DNA of 64,000 bases from assembly GCF_001194135.2 (NCBI RefSeq), contig NC_069004.1, positions 15,656,442 through 15,720,441 of the forward strand, in the 5' to 3' direction. The stretch's first letter is position 1, and every line of letters begins with the position of its first letter. Made by a program: the position numbers and the translations under genes. The stretch comes from Octopus bimaculoides. Taxonomy: Eukaryota. Shown here piece after piece: positions 35,356 through 47,460 of this stretch. A model generated the notes under the pieces. The model was not told the origin of the DNA. It did no database searches and saw only the letters and a program-made list of their open reading frames with translations.

Positions 35356-36230
35356 TCTATTTCACTTCTCAGAGCTCTTGATTTCACTTGCTCTGGCTAA
35401 TTCTGTAAGACAACCTACTGTGAAGGAACTTACAGGGTCTCTTTCCATGATGCATTACATTCAAGTACCAATCTCAAAATCTTTGCTGTCCCCAATAGAG
35501 CAGTTTTCTGAGCATGTTCCATCTTCATATCAATCCGGATTTCTCCAACAAATTTCTCAAATCTTGTTGTTAATATCCCCAGTGCCCCAACAATTATTGG
35601 GGTGACAGATAGTTTCTTCATTGCCCACATTCACAATCCCATCTTTTAGTGGCTTGTACTTTTCAATCTTTTCTAGTTCTTTTGCCATCTACTCATACAT
35701 CTCCAGGTATGGCAGTGTTTATGATCTTATTTTCCTTCCTCAATTATTATTATTATTATTAAACTTTGTTTCTTAGGTACACCTATGTTGAAAAGAATGG
35801 GCAAAATCCCCTGAATAAATCCTACTATTATTTCTAGTACCTCTTTTATTAACTCCCAAGACACGAAGCATTTTATAACAGCTAAAACTGCACATTGGAA
35901 GTGGGTTTGGGGAGGGTTAAGAAAAACCCATGCGTGGGACATTTCCAGTTGTCCATCCAGTGATCACTTGTTTAGCTATCTCTTGTTATTCACATACATC
36001 AAATGACTTTACTTCAGCATCATCTCAGATATTTTGTCATTCCCAATTCAACAGCAACTTTCTGTTGCCTACCATACCCTATACTAGCATTTAGGCTTTC
36101 TTACCCTTGCTCAGATATAGTTTTCCTCCATCACAGCAGTTTTTCTTTCCTTTTCTTTTTAACTGCTAAACATAGTTCTTTATTATTGTAATATGTCTTA
36201 CGATCCAATCATATCATCTAGAGCCTGATT
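34990..36230 (-). mobile_element. Head-to-tail cluster of R4/Dong-like RLE fragments separated by (AAT)n arrays
   Basis: KDLETEVTRMW..KT..IPIIVGALG...ALLGTARILRK (35097-35303); MW.MKK..VTPIIVGALG...ALLGTAKILR (35430-35745); (ATT)n at 34976, 35304-35355 and 35745-35760. Confidence 0.82.
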
Positions 36231-36612
36231 CAATGTGATTTTACACCTGTAATTTTATGCATGTTTTTATACATATTTGGAGAATATCTTCTCCAAGACA
36301 ATCACTGCAGTGAACATCTTTCCATATTTGGGTATAAACAAGTGGGTTAAATATTAGTGCACATGGCTTTATTTTAATCTTCACAGCTTAGGATGCATTA
36401 ATTGATCTATTTGCATATGTGAAGATATTTGTCAACTCGTACGTGTAAAATTAATATATTGATATTATTATATTCAATATTGTATCATTGTATGATTCTG
36501 TAATCTATTAGTGACCTGAGCTAAACAACAATTTTTCACTGTATCTATGTATAAAAATAAAACTGAATTGATTTTATAATTTCATTTAATTTATCCATTT
36601 TTTTTCTTGCAG

Positions 36613-36750
36613 CTTGCTACGAGGGTCTCTCCTCCTCATCGGTAATTCTCACTTATCCACAGCAGACAGGTAGTCCAACATTACGAAGAAATTTATCATT
36701 TTGTGTTAAAAGATCCAAATCTAAGATGGATGACATAAAAAGTCGAACAG
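36613..36750 (+). CDS. TRAPPC9: TRAPPC9 coding exon 4 (ACYEGLSSSSVILTYPQQ...KSRT)
   Basis: CTTGCAG|CT acceptor; CAG|GTAATT donor; 138 nt, phase 1-1. Matches AALEGLCSASVIYHYP. Confidence 0.93.
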
Positions 36751-36981
36751 GTAATTAATTAATTCTTATTTAATAAACCAGTGTGTATATTCCACCATAT
36801 ACACCATAACAAAACATTCATATTACCGTTTATATATGTATATATATATATATATATATCCCTCTCTCTCTCTTTGGGAGAGAGGCACAAGCACATACAC
36901 AGACATATACACACACGGCAGTAACTTCCGCCTACCAAATTCAATCACAAAGCTTCGGTTGGCTATATATATTCATTGTTA

Positions 36982-38155
36982 GCATCATACAGTCTATCTT
37001 TCATCCTGAGTAAGAGGCCCTTAGTTGCCAGTAGAGGTAGAAGCTCTCTGAACTTTGCCCAGGCTATTCTTATTCTAGCCGCTACACTCTCAGAGCCCCC
37101 CCCCCCCCNNNNNNNNNNNNNNNNNACTACAGACTTCGTCGTCTAGGGAGCGGAAGCTATTAACTACTTCTAGTTTTTCCCCCTGGCATGTGATGGAATC
37201 TGTTTTCTGTACATCTTCAGTGTTTATTGCCCCTGTGCATCTGCCACCCACAAAAACTATTTTCCTAGTTAACCTTCCTTTGATGCATGTGTGCAAACTG
37301 CTATGCTACACGGCAGTGAAATATGGGCCATGACTGCTGAGGATATGAGTAGGCTTGAAAGCAATGAAGCTAGTATGATCCACTGGATGTGTAATGTCAG
37401 TGTGTATACATGACAGAGTGTAAGAGCCCCGAGAGAAAAGTTGGACATAAGAAGCATCAAATGTGGTGTGCAAGAGAGACGACTGCACTGGTATGGTCAT
37501 GTGTTATGTATGGACGAGGACAACTTTGTGAGGAGGTGCCACTCCCTAACTGTGGAAGGAACCTGTGGAAGAGGTAAACCCAGGAAGACATGGGATGAGA
37601 TAGTGAAGCCTGACCTTCGAACATTTGGCCTCACAGAGGCAATGACAAAAGGCTGAGATCTTTGAAAATATGCTGTGATTGAGAGGACCCAGCAACTAAA
37701 GTGAGATCACAGCCATGGCCGATGTTAGTGTTGCATGTCCGGCCCATTTAAGAGTACCCTTGATGCGTCAGGCAATATGATATGCTTGAGAAGACCTGTT
37801 GAGTCAAGTAAAACCAAAATCGCAGTTGTGGCCAGTGCCCGCTGACTGGTTCCCGTTCCGGTGGCACGTAAAAGGCATCATTCGAGCATGATCAGTGCCA
37901 ATGTTCCATGACTGGCTCCCTGTGCCAGTGGCACGTAAAAAGCACCATCCGAACGTGGCTGATGCCAGTACCCCCTGACTGGCTCCTGTGCCGGTGGCAT
38001 GTAAAAAGTACTATACAAACGTGATCAATGCCAGGCCCGCCTGACTGGCTCCTGTGATGGTGGCATGTAAAATGCACCCACTACACTCTCAGAGTGGTTG
38101 GCATTAGGAAGGGCATCCAGCTGTAGAAACACTGCCAGATCAGACTGGAGTCTGG
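36982..38155 (+). mobile_element. RTE LINE with 5' inversion (36982-37284 inverted; 37281-38155 direct)
   Basis: The inverted and direct segments are adjacent in the family consensus seen at 24650-24960; junction microhomology tgat; 3'UTR with four 66-bp units. Confidence 0.85.
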
Positions 38156-38786
38156 TCCCATCTCTCTGACATCACATATTAGCAAAGTCATGGAACGAAT
38201 TGTCAGAAGGAGGCTGATTGTGTTCCTAGAAGAAAATGAGACCCAGCATGGCTTCCGTACAGGTAGAAGCTGCTTCACACAGCTCTTGCAACATTATGAC
38301 TGGGTCCTGAGGCAGCTACTTGACCATTCAAATGTTGATGTGATATATTTCGACTTTGCAAAAGCCTTTGACAAAGTTGATCATGGCATGATATGTCACA
38401 AGCTGCGAAACCTTGACATAGCTGGTAAATTAGGAGAATGGCTGCATGACTTCCTGAATGGTAGAAGTCAGACAGTTGCAGCCAATGGAGAACTATCTAG
38501 GGAAACGCAAATATTGAGCGGTGTTCCGCAAGGAACTGTCCTGGGGCCACTACTGTTCATAGTGGCCCTTCTGAACATGCCCACGGTCACTCGGAGAGCC
38601 ACTGTCACTAGCTACGCTGATGACACAAANNNNNNNNNNNNNNNNNNNNNNNNNNNNNNNNNNNNNNNNNNNNNNNNNNNNNNNNNNNNNNNNNNNNNNN
38701 NNNNNNNNNNNNNNNNNNNNNNNNNNNNNACCTGGAGGTACTGCAATCCCAGATCTACAAACAGTAAGAGACCTGGGCATCAGAGG
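38156..38786 (+). mobile_element. CR1/L2-group LINE reverse-transcriptase fragment
   Basis: Uninterrupted ISLTSHISKVMERI...QHGFR..RSC...DFAKAFDKVDH...SGVPQGTVLGPLLF...SYADDT, then VRDLGI after a 100-N gap. Confidence 0.88.
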
Positions 38787-39690
38787 CATCACATGTGGTG
38801 TACAAGAGAGACAACCATGCTGGTATGGTTGTGTGATGTGTATGGATGAGGCCAGTTGTGTAAAGAAGTGCTGATCTCTAACTGTGGAGGGAATGAGGTG
38901 CTGAAGCATGATTTTTGAACTTTGGGCCTCATGAAGGCAATGACTAGTGACTGAGACGTTTGGTGATATGCTGTGCTTGAGAAGACTTGTCAAACCAAGT
39001 GAAATCATAGTTGTGGTTAACACAGGTGTCACATAAAAGGCACCTGTGTTGGTGGCACATAAAATGCACCCTTTACACTCTTGGAGTAGTTGGCATTAAG
39101 AAGAGCATCTAGCTGATTAACTATGTGAGAGACTAGGCTATATCCCACACTGCCTGATATTTTAATCATCTTGGCAGTGACACCTGATGGTCCAGGGGCT
39201 TTCTCAGTCTTCATATCCTTAATTGTCTTATCTATTATACTGCTATCAACTCTGATGATTGGTCTCTCAGTTGGTTCGATATTTGAAAGACTCTCCTCCC
39301 AATTATTCTCCACATTTAACAACCTTTCATAATGCCAGCGAGCTGGCAGAAACGTTAGAATGCTGGGCAAAATGCCTAGCGGTATTTCGTCTGCCGTTAT
39401 ATTCTAAGTTCGAATTCCACCGAGGTCGACTTTGCTTTTCATCCTTTCGGGATTGATTAAATAAGTACAGGTTAATCACTGGGGTTGATGTAATCGAGTT
39501 AATCCCCTTGTCTGTCCTTGTTTGTCCCCTCTATGTTTAGCTCCCTGTGGGCAATAAAGAAATAAAATAACCTTTCATAATGCCATCTCCATGCATCTTT
39601 CTTCTCCGAGTCACTAAGCACAAGCATACCACTATCCATTTGCACACATTTCTCACCTACCACATCTCTACTCTCTCTGATACAAATGCA
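38780..39690. mobile_element. RTE fragments (+ 38780-39035; - about 39110-39690)
   Basis: CGVQERQPCWYG (+); HYERLLNVEN.WEESL...KTEKAPGPSG (-). Confidence 0.8.
39338..39568 (+). mobile_element. Full-length tRNA-derived SINE (family A) with 17-bp TSD
   Basis: TSD aacctttcataatgcca at 39321-39337 and 39569-39585; A box tggcagaaacgttag; B box gttcgaattcc. Confidence 0.93.
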
Positions 39691-41070
39691 GGTTTATCCA
39701 GTTTGACATTGTAGAGTTTTACTTCCTGATCTCCAAAAACCTGCTCCAAAAGGCACTTGAGTTTAGTAAAGTATATGTAACTGTCACTGATACTGATATA
39801 GTCATAATAATGAATGCAAGGAAGTCAATACTTTTTCATGATAATCCCTATCGGGTGAAAAAGTATGGGAATGAGCTATTTAATGTTGCTATAGGGAGCT
39901 ATGATGGTGCAGAGATAGCAGATCAGGTTGACCTTTATATCCTGGATGTTCTTAAAAAAGAGATAAGAGACTGACACAGGGCAATGTAGAGAGGATGGTC
40001 TTGGAGTGGTACATAACAAAAGTGGACATGATACTGGTAACATAAGAAAAACATGTATGCAAAATATTTAGCCAACTAAAGCTAAGAACTATAATTAACA
40101 CTATCCTTAAAGAAATTAATTTCCTAGATCTTAATATGACTCTTAGTAGAAGCAAATTTAAACCCTGTTGTAAACCATATGAAGATTTTTCATATATTGA
40201 TATGGGCTCTAATCACCCACCATCAATAATCAAACAGTTAATAGCATCAGTAGAGATGTTTCCAACTTATCTGCTGATAAAGCTATTTTTAGAAAAACTG
40301 TCTGATATTACAATGCGGCTCTAGAAAGGGTAGCATCCAACTTTAAGAGTAGTATAAATTTTATTGAACCAAATGTAGATAGACCAAAAAAATGTAGGCA
40401 GAGGAAAATATTATGGTACACTCCTCCATATAGTATGGACATAGCCATGAACATAGCTAGAAAATTCTTAAAACTCCAGCATGGTCGCAGTCAAATGACT
40501 GAAACAAGTAAAAGGGTAAAGGAATAACCACTTCCCTCATTTACATATACACCACAAGATCTTCAATAGAAATACAGTTAAAGTTAGTTATAGTCATCTC
40601 CCCAATATAGGGTCAATTATTTTCAACCACAATAAAAATGACATTAGGAACATCATTTAAAGATCCTGTAATTATAAATCTCCGGACAGCTGTCCCCTGA
40701 ACATTAGGTTCCTGGAAAAAGAATTAGTGTACAAAGCCAGTATTACTGATTTGAACGGAGCAGCAAAAACTTGCGTTGAAATGACAGGAAATATCTTCAA
40801 ACAGAGATATACACAGCACTTGGCTTCATTCAAAGATAAAAACAAAAAGCCTACAACATCTTTATCCAATATAGTATGGACACTTAAAGAGAGAGACGTG
40901 AACAACCCATATCACATAGAGCATTATAGCTAAGGCCAGCAAATTTCATGAATGGGGAAGCAAATGCAAGCTCTGCATTACCAAAAATTAAATATCATAA
41001 CCTCAACAATGGACATCATGAACATTAAGGAAGAAACTTTCTTCCGCTGCATGCACAAACAACAATCCCC
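39690..41070 (+). mobile_element. Penelope-like element, Naiad-type, RT plus GIY-YIG (decayed, 5'-truncated)
   Basis: [82 protein letters not shown] and CKLC. Confidence 0.85.
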
Positions 41071-42133
41071 ACTTTGAAATTTTAAGCATGTCTCCACCTC
41101 CACCCACTTTTCCGTCCGTCCCAACCTGAATAAGTTTTTCTCTGGACATCAATTATATGCATTTTATGAACATTATGCATAAAAGACACATGCCCCTTTA
41201 TACGTATGCTGGATACTCTTATTAGACATATTCATAACATCACATGATTCACAAAATACACATATACATAAACTTATGAATCCACAACCCCTTCAACCAA
41301 GTTTGGTGTGAAAATATATGAAACTCTACAATTACATGCACATGCTCTAACATGAACAAAAAAAGATAATGCACATATGTATGTGTGTGTGTCTATATAT
41401 ATATGCATATGTCTGTATGAATATATATATGTGTGTGTTTTGGAGTGTGTGTGTGTGTGTGTGTGCACACGTGTGCATTTATATCAATTTGGACATGGAT
41501 TTGTATGCGTGTTCCCACATAAAATGATTCAGGAATTAATCAATTCATGGTGAACACTCCTTACAAAGATTCCAGAGTTAATGCAAGGGAAGCAGCAATT
41601 AAGATTATATTAGTTGACTCCTATGATCTGTATATTTATTTATCCCCATACCCTGTACAGTGTTGTGTAGCTTCATGTATTCTCACCCTAGGTGGAGACG
41701 AGTACCAACGTTCCATGTGACAGGTTTGATAATTGTTGAGATTTCTCTCAGCATGAAACCAAAGGTAGCTTTGTTAAACCACAAATAAAAAAAAAAGTGT
41801 GTGTGTGCATCTAAGGCAAACTTTTGCATAGTTTACATGTACAAAATTTTATTCACAAGTCAGTGGTTATCCCAAAAAGTACCATGTGGTGGGATGAAAC
41901 CTAGAACCACATGGGTGCTAAGTAAATTTCTCACTCACACAGGCATAGCCATACCTATTACTACCAGTATTGTCAACTTTGTATGTCCTGGTGATCCATA
42001 ATAAACACGTTTATTAAAACATGGCAAAGCAAAAAGGTTAATATTTCTATGTTAATTAGAAGTTATAATTTGAGGAATATAATAAGTTGACTGTATTGTG
42101 GGAACTAACTGAAATTGATCTTGTTATTTTTAG

Positions 42134-42261
42134 GTGTACCTCTGCACATCAAGCGAAGCATAAGTAATGGTTATGATGGAATAGGAACACAGCCGAAATC
42201 TTGTTTAGACCCAGATGACATTATAGAGAAATATAAAGAAGCTATTATGCAATACAGCAAA
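42134..42261 (+). CDS. TRAPPC9: TRAPPC9 coding exon 5 (GVPLHIKRSISNG...KSCLDPDDIIEKYKEAIMQYSK)
   Basis: TTTTAG|GT acceptor; AAA|GTAAGA donor, phase 1 to 0. Matches [22 protein letters not shown]. Confidence 0.95.
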
Positions 42262-43045
42262 GTAAGAAATATGATCTTTCAGGAAGAGGAAGAAATTTGT
42301 TTTTTTTTTTGATATTTTTTTTAGTATTTTTTTTTCTTTTCATTTTTTTTCTTTTTTCTTAGATATTTTTTCAAATACTTAAAGATTTGTGTGGGTGTTC
42401 CAGGAGAGGTTGACTAAATTTACATGTATCTAATATATCTTTTATAATTGAATATATGCACACACACGTGCACTCATATACATGCATTAAATATATCCCC
42501 TCTAATTGTATCCACATATGTATATATGTGTGTGTATATTTAAAATACGCTTGCTGTTTATATCTATCTATCAATGTCTATATTTTATCTATCCTCACTG
42601 GTTATGTGCATGTATAGTTATTTATGTTTTGAGGTGTGGGGAACCATCTCTTTTCAGGTCTACTCTGACCCAGAGTAGTAGCACCTATCAAGGTTCCAGC
42701 TATGGGTAAATTAACATATGTGATGACAATTCATCTGAGGGTGAAGACGCAGAAACACCCTTGGTTGGTGCCAGGGTACCACTGGAAGTCAAAGACCCCT
42801 TGCTCTTGTCACTTCATCTTTCTAGGAGAGGGATATTGATGTAAAACCTGTGTTTTCATATGATTACTGGTTTGTCACTCTATCTATTGAAAGTCTTTTT
42901 GCATTTTAAACATGATCACTTAAAGGGTTCTTTTTCAATACTTGCAGTAAAATAAGCATTAATTTCACATTCTACTGTTTTCTGTTTCTTTACAGATTAC
43001 TTTATACCATAGTGGTTAAATTTGTATTGATCTTACTCTTTTAAA

Positions 43046-43950
43046 ATGGGTTTAGATCAGACCCATGTCAGATACTGCATGCTATATGATTTTAAAAGAG
43101 GTTCTACAGTAATGGACGTGTCAAGAAATATTTGTTCTGCTTATGGAAATAAGCTTTACGTGTTTGAATATGACCAGTTTTGCTTGGGAAATTTTTCTCT
43201 CACAGATTCTCTTCTATCTTGACAACAAGCTTCTGAAACTGTAGCTGAGATAAATCAAAAGCAAATTGCATGAGAATTAGCAAAACAGTTCAAGTCACTT
43301 TGATCATAACATTTGGTTAGTGGGTTCATCCTCATCTGATTGCTTCCCAGCTTCAAGTGTTGCCCTCTGCCCATCATTGAAGAGTAGACTTGTTACCAAA
43401 CCTTTTCTAGGGAGAATCATCACAAGTGATAAAAAGTATATTCTCTTCAATAGTATCCAATGAAAAAGGAGAATCCATCCCCAAACCAGGACTACACCCA
43501 CAAAAAGTAATGCTTTGTGTTTGGTGGGATATGATTGGTGTCATCTACTAAGAAACATTAAACTAAAATGAAACAGTTAATGTGGAGAAAATATATTGCC
43601 ATCATTTGGAAGCATTGTACAAACATTTTCGGAAAAAGCATGTGTCATTGATCACTTGTAAAGGGTGTTGCTCTTACCTGATAATTCAATAGCATGTATT
43701 GCTCAAGTCTCTCAGGAAAAGACTACGGCATTAGATTTGGAAGTTTTGTCTCCTCCTCCATACTCTCCTGATCTGACTGCCATATTTATTTTCAGATAAT
43801 TACAGCATTATTGAGAAGGGAAACAAATTTCTTAACTGTGAAGATATTAAAAATTATATTGAGTGTTTCTTTGCTTTAAAACCTGAAAAATTTTGTACCC
43901 AAGGATCAACAATTTTCTAAATAGATGGGATTGTGAGGGGAAGTGTTATT
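43046..43950 (+). mobile_element. Old, decayed mariner transposase
   Basis: HVRYCMLYDFKRG, RIITSDKKY, PGLHPQKVMLCVWWD and PPPYSPDL; multiple frameshifts. Confidence 0.85.
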
Positions 43951-43956
43951 GTGATG

Positions 43957-46232
43957 CATCATCATCATCATTTAACGTCCATTGTCCATGCTGGCATGGG
44001 TTGGACGGTTTGACCAGGGCTGGCAAGCTGGAAGGCTGTACCAGACTCCAGTCTGTTTTGGCATGGTTTCTATGGCTGGATGCTCTTCCTAACACCAACC
44101 ACTCCGAGAGTGTAATGGGTGCTTTTACATTCCACTGGCACAGGTGCCATTTGCATGACACCAATATCTGCCACAGCTGCAGTTTTACTTGGTTTGATAG
44201 GTTTTCTTCTTGAGTATGGCATAATGCCAAATGGACTCGGTCAATGCATCTGTAAGTCCCTATGCTCGAAGCCCGGCTTAATGCCAAATGATCTTGGTCC
44301 TTGCCTCCGTGAGTCCCAATGCTTGGAAGGTGCTTTTACATGCCACTGGCATGAGTGCCAGTTACATGACACCGGTATCTGCCATGACTGTGATTTTACT
44401 TTGCTTGATGGGTCTTCTTCTCAAGCACGACATAATGCCAAAGGTCTTGGTCATTGCCTCTGTGAGGCCCAATATTCGAAAGGAGTTCAGCCATTTTGCC
44501 TCCATGAGGCTCAATGCTTGAAAGGTGCTTTTAACGTGCCACCTGCACAGGTGCCGGTTACATAACACCAGCATCAGCCACGACTGTGATTTCACTCGGC
44601 TTGATGGGTCTTCTCAAACACAGCATATTGCCAAAGATCATGGTCACTAGTCATTGCTTCTGTGAGGCCCAAAGTTCGGAGATCATGCTTCATCCCATGT
44701 CTTCCTGGGTCTTCCTCTGTCCTCATCCATATGCATCACATGACCATACCAGCGCATTTGTCTCTTCTGCACACCACATCTGATGCCTCTTATGCCTAAC
44801 TTTTCTCTCAAGATGCTTACACTCTGTCGAACATGCACACTGACATTGCACATCTAACAAAGCATACTGGCTTAATTTCTTTCAAGCCTATACATGTCCT
44901 CGGTTGTCACAGCCCATGTTTCACTGCCATGTAACATAACTGTTCAAACACCAGCATCATACAATCTGCCTTTCACTCTGAGAGAGAGGCCCTTTGTTGC
45001 CAGTAGAAGCAGGAGCTCTCTAAACTTTGCCTAGCCTAATCTTATTCTGATAGCTGCACTCTTGGAGCATTCACCTCTGCTACTAACTTGATCACCTAAG
45101 TAATGGAAGCTATCTATTATTTCTAGCTTACCCTCATGACAGTTGATGGAGTCTATTTTCTGTACATTTTTGGTGTTTATTGTACCTGTGCATCTACCAC
45201 ACACAAAAGCTTTTTTCCCTGTTAATCTTCTTCTGATATTACTGCACCTTTTGTGTGCCCAAAGCTTACACCAGGTGCATCTTACAGAGTTAATACCTAC
45301 ACCTTTTCTACTGATTGAGCAGGGCCATCTACCTGAAGGGATTTGTGATTTGTCTGCCTTCTTACTTACTAAGACTTTGGTTTTTGCTAGGTTAACTCTA
45401 AAGCCCTTCGATTCTAGACCTTGCTTCCATACCTGGAACTTCTCTAGTTCTGGTGGTGATTCAGCTATAAGAACAATGTCATCAGTCAAGAGGAGCTCCC
45501 AGGGGTGGCCTGTCTTGAATTCCTCTGTTATTGCCTGAAAGACTGTGATGAACAAGAGGGGGCTTAGGACCAATCCTTGGTGAACCCCTACTTGTACCAT
45601 GAATTCTTCACTGTGCTTGTTGCCAATCCTCACCTTACTGATAGCGTCTCTGTACATGGCTTGTACAGCTCTCACTATCTCTAATTTCCACATTGACCAT
45701 CAGATAAGGGATCGGGAGACCCTATCAAAAGCTTTCTCCAAGTCAACAAAAGCCAAGTACAGAGGTTTATCCTTGGCTATGTATTTCTCCTGCAGCTGCC
45801 TTACCAGAAATATAGCATCAGTGGTGCTTCTCCATGGCACAAAACCAAACTGCGTCTCATCTAGACTAATTCTCCCACCTAATTAGTTGGACTACGACTC
45901 TCTGTAACTTTTATCATCTGATCCAACAATTTGATACCTCTGTAATTATTTCTATCCAAGGCATCACCTTTACCTTTGTAGCAGTTGATTATGGTGCTGC
46001 TACACCAGACATTGGTTATGACTACTTCGTGAATCACCTGGTTGACTATGCAGGTGACTAGATCATAACTTATACCGCCAAATATTTTAAGCATCTCAGC
46101 AGTGATTCCTGAAGGGCCGGGGTCTTTCTCTGTCTTCATGAAACAGCCTGTTTCTTTGCTCTAATAGCCTTGTCTACAGCAACATTCCACCACCACATTA
46201 CCCTAGGTCTGGTTGGGACTTTGCACCAACCA
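43957..46232 (-). mobile_element. RTE LINE 3' two-thirds with expanded 3'UTR, (GAT)n tail and an internal deletion
   Basis: ORF 45031-45693 (QG.VLSPLLF, WELL.TDD, PHD-like cysteines, FHYLG); YRGIKLLDQ at 45.9 kb; (CAT)n at 43957-43971. Confidence 0.92.
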
Positions 46233-46337
46233 CAAATTAAATATATAAATTAAGATCAAAGAATTATTTGTTTCTTTCCCATCTTGAAATATGGCAGGAG
46301 TTTCTTTCCAACCTAATATATGTTATATTTATTTCAG

Positions 46338-46406
46338 AGCAAAGCTGCAGCTGTGATAGAAATGGAGGCCAGTATAAAAGCTTGCCGGGTATTAATACTA
46401 CAACGG
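46338..46406 (+). CDS. TRAPPC9: TRAPPC9 coding exon 6 (SKAAAVIEMEASIKACRVLILQR)
   Basis: TTTCAG|AGC acceptor; CGG|GTAAGT donor; 69 nt, phase 0-0. Matches [23 protein letters not shown]. Confidence 0.95.
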
Positions 46407-46513
46407 GTAAGTTATCTGTAAGGAGAAATGTTATTATCATGTTATCATATGTAAAAATAGGTGTTTCATTTTTACATCAGTAAAATATATTGCAAAGTTG
46501 TTAGATCATTAGA

Positions 46514-46712
46514 TACGAAGTTTGATCAATAAGTATCTGGACTGGTGCTATAAAAACAAAATACATGTACCAATTTGACATTTAATCTCCTTCAAAGTAG
46601 TCCCCTTTGGAAGCCACACACTTAATCCAGTGCTGTTTCCATTGATGGAAGCATTCCTGGAACTTGTTTTTTGAGATAATCAGCAACTGCCTCATTGCAC
46701 TCGGGGAAGGTC
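46514..46712 (-). mobile_element. Mariner 3' end with TIR (third family)
   Basis: FQECFHQWKQHWIKCVASKGDYFEGD* (stop 46582-84), then terminal tacgaagtttgatcaataagtatctggac. Confidence 0.85.
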
Positions 46713-46789
46713 ATGCAATATATGAGATTCTGTGTCTTGCAGTTCATATTTGCATTTACTTTGAAGGAGAATCCACTGTTAAATATTTG

Positions 46790-47270
46790 AAATTGCTGTT
46801 GTTACATGTTCAACATCTATTATCTTGACAGTCCTTCACAAGATTTTTTTGTTTTGTATTAAGTTTTCATCAACCAGATTTTTCATTTTGGGGCTTTGTA
46901 AGAATATTGGTAGGTTTGTTTTTATAGTGTGGAAAATGTTGGTCATTCCTAAATTATGTGTATTGATAAATGGAATAGTATTTTCTTTAATTACTTTCTT
47001 AGATGTACTCAGTTGTATGATGTCCAGTTTCATCATCCTCATAATTCATCATTTATTAATTTTAAGGGGTAATTCTGTTTTTTTAAGAAGCCTTTGAATC
47101 CATTGAGTTGAATTTGATGTATTTTTTGCTCAACTATTATTGCACAGGTACATCTTGCCATACTATATGGAATGTTCCTTTTGATGTGTGAAGGATGGCT
47201 AGAGAAGTTCAAACACTGGTGTATGTTTGTTTGTTTTTTTTGTGTGTGTATTTTCACTCACAAGGTATTG
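46790..47270 (-). mobile_element. Penelope-like element internal fragment (RT thumb/linker)
   Basis: QCLNFSSHPSHIKRNIPYSMAR..C.I...Q.YPLKLI and IPFINTHN...IFH.IK.NLPI. Confidence 0.8.
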
Positions 47271-47460
47271 TTCAGTCTATGATAGAAGGCACTTGCACAG
47301 GAAACCAGGATACTACATAGTGAAATCAAACCTGGAACCATTTAGCTGCGAAATGAACTTCTAAACCGTACTCTCACATAGTAGATCTGCACTGTACTGT
47401 ACTTCCCATGAAGCCTCCCTAAATGTCTCCTTCATCTATTATTTACTTTCTTCTTTTCAG

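Noticed and set aside
39690-41070. Selenoprotein-encoding Naiad
   Set aside because: No in-frame TGA at a conserved Cys position and no SECIS recognised; the copy is decayed.
42658-42850. Cryptic TRAPPC9 exon after TTTTCAG at 42657
   Set aside because: The phase-0 frame needed after exon 5 hits TAG within 7 codons, and exons 5 and 6 already join colinearly with the orthologue.
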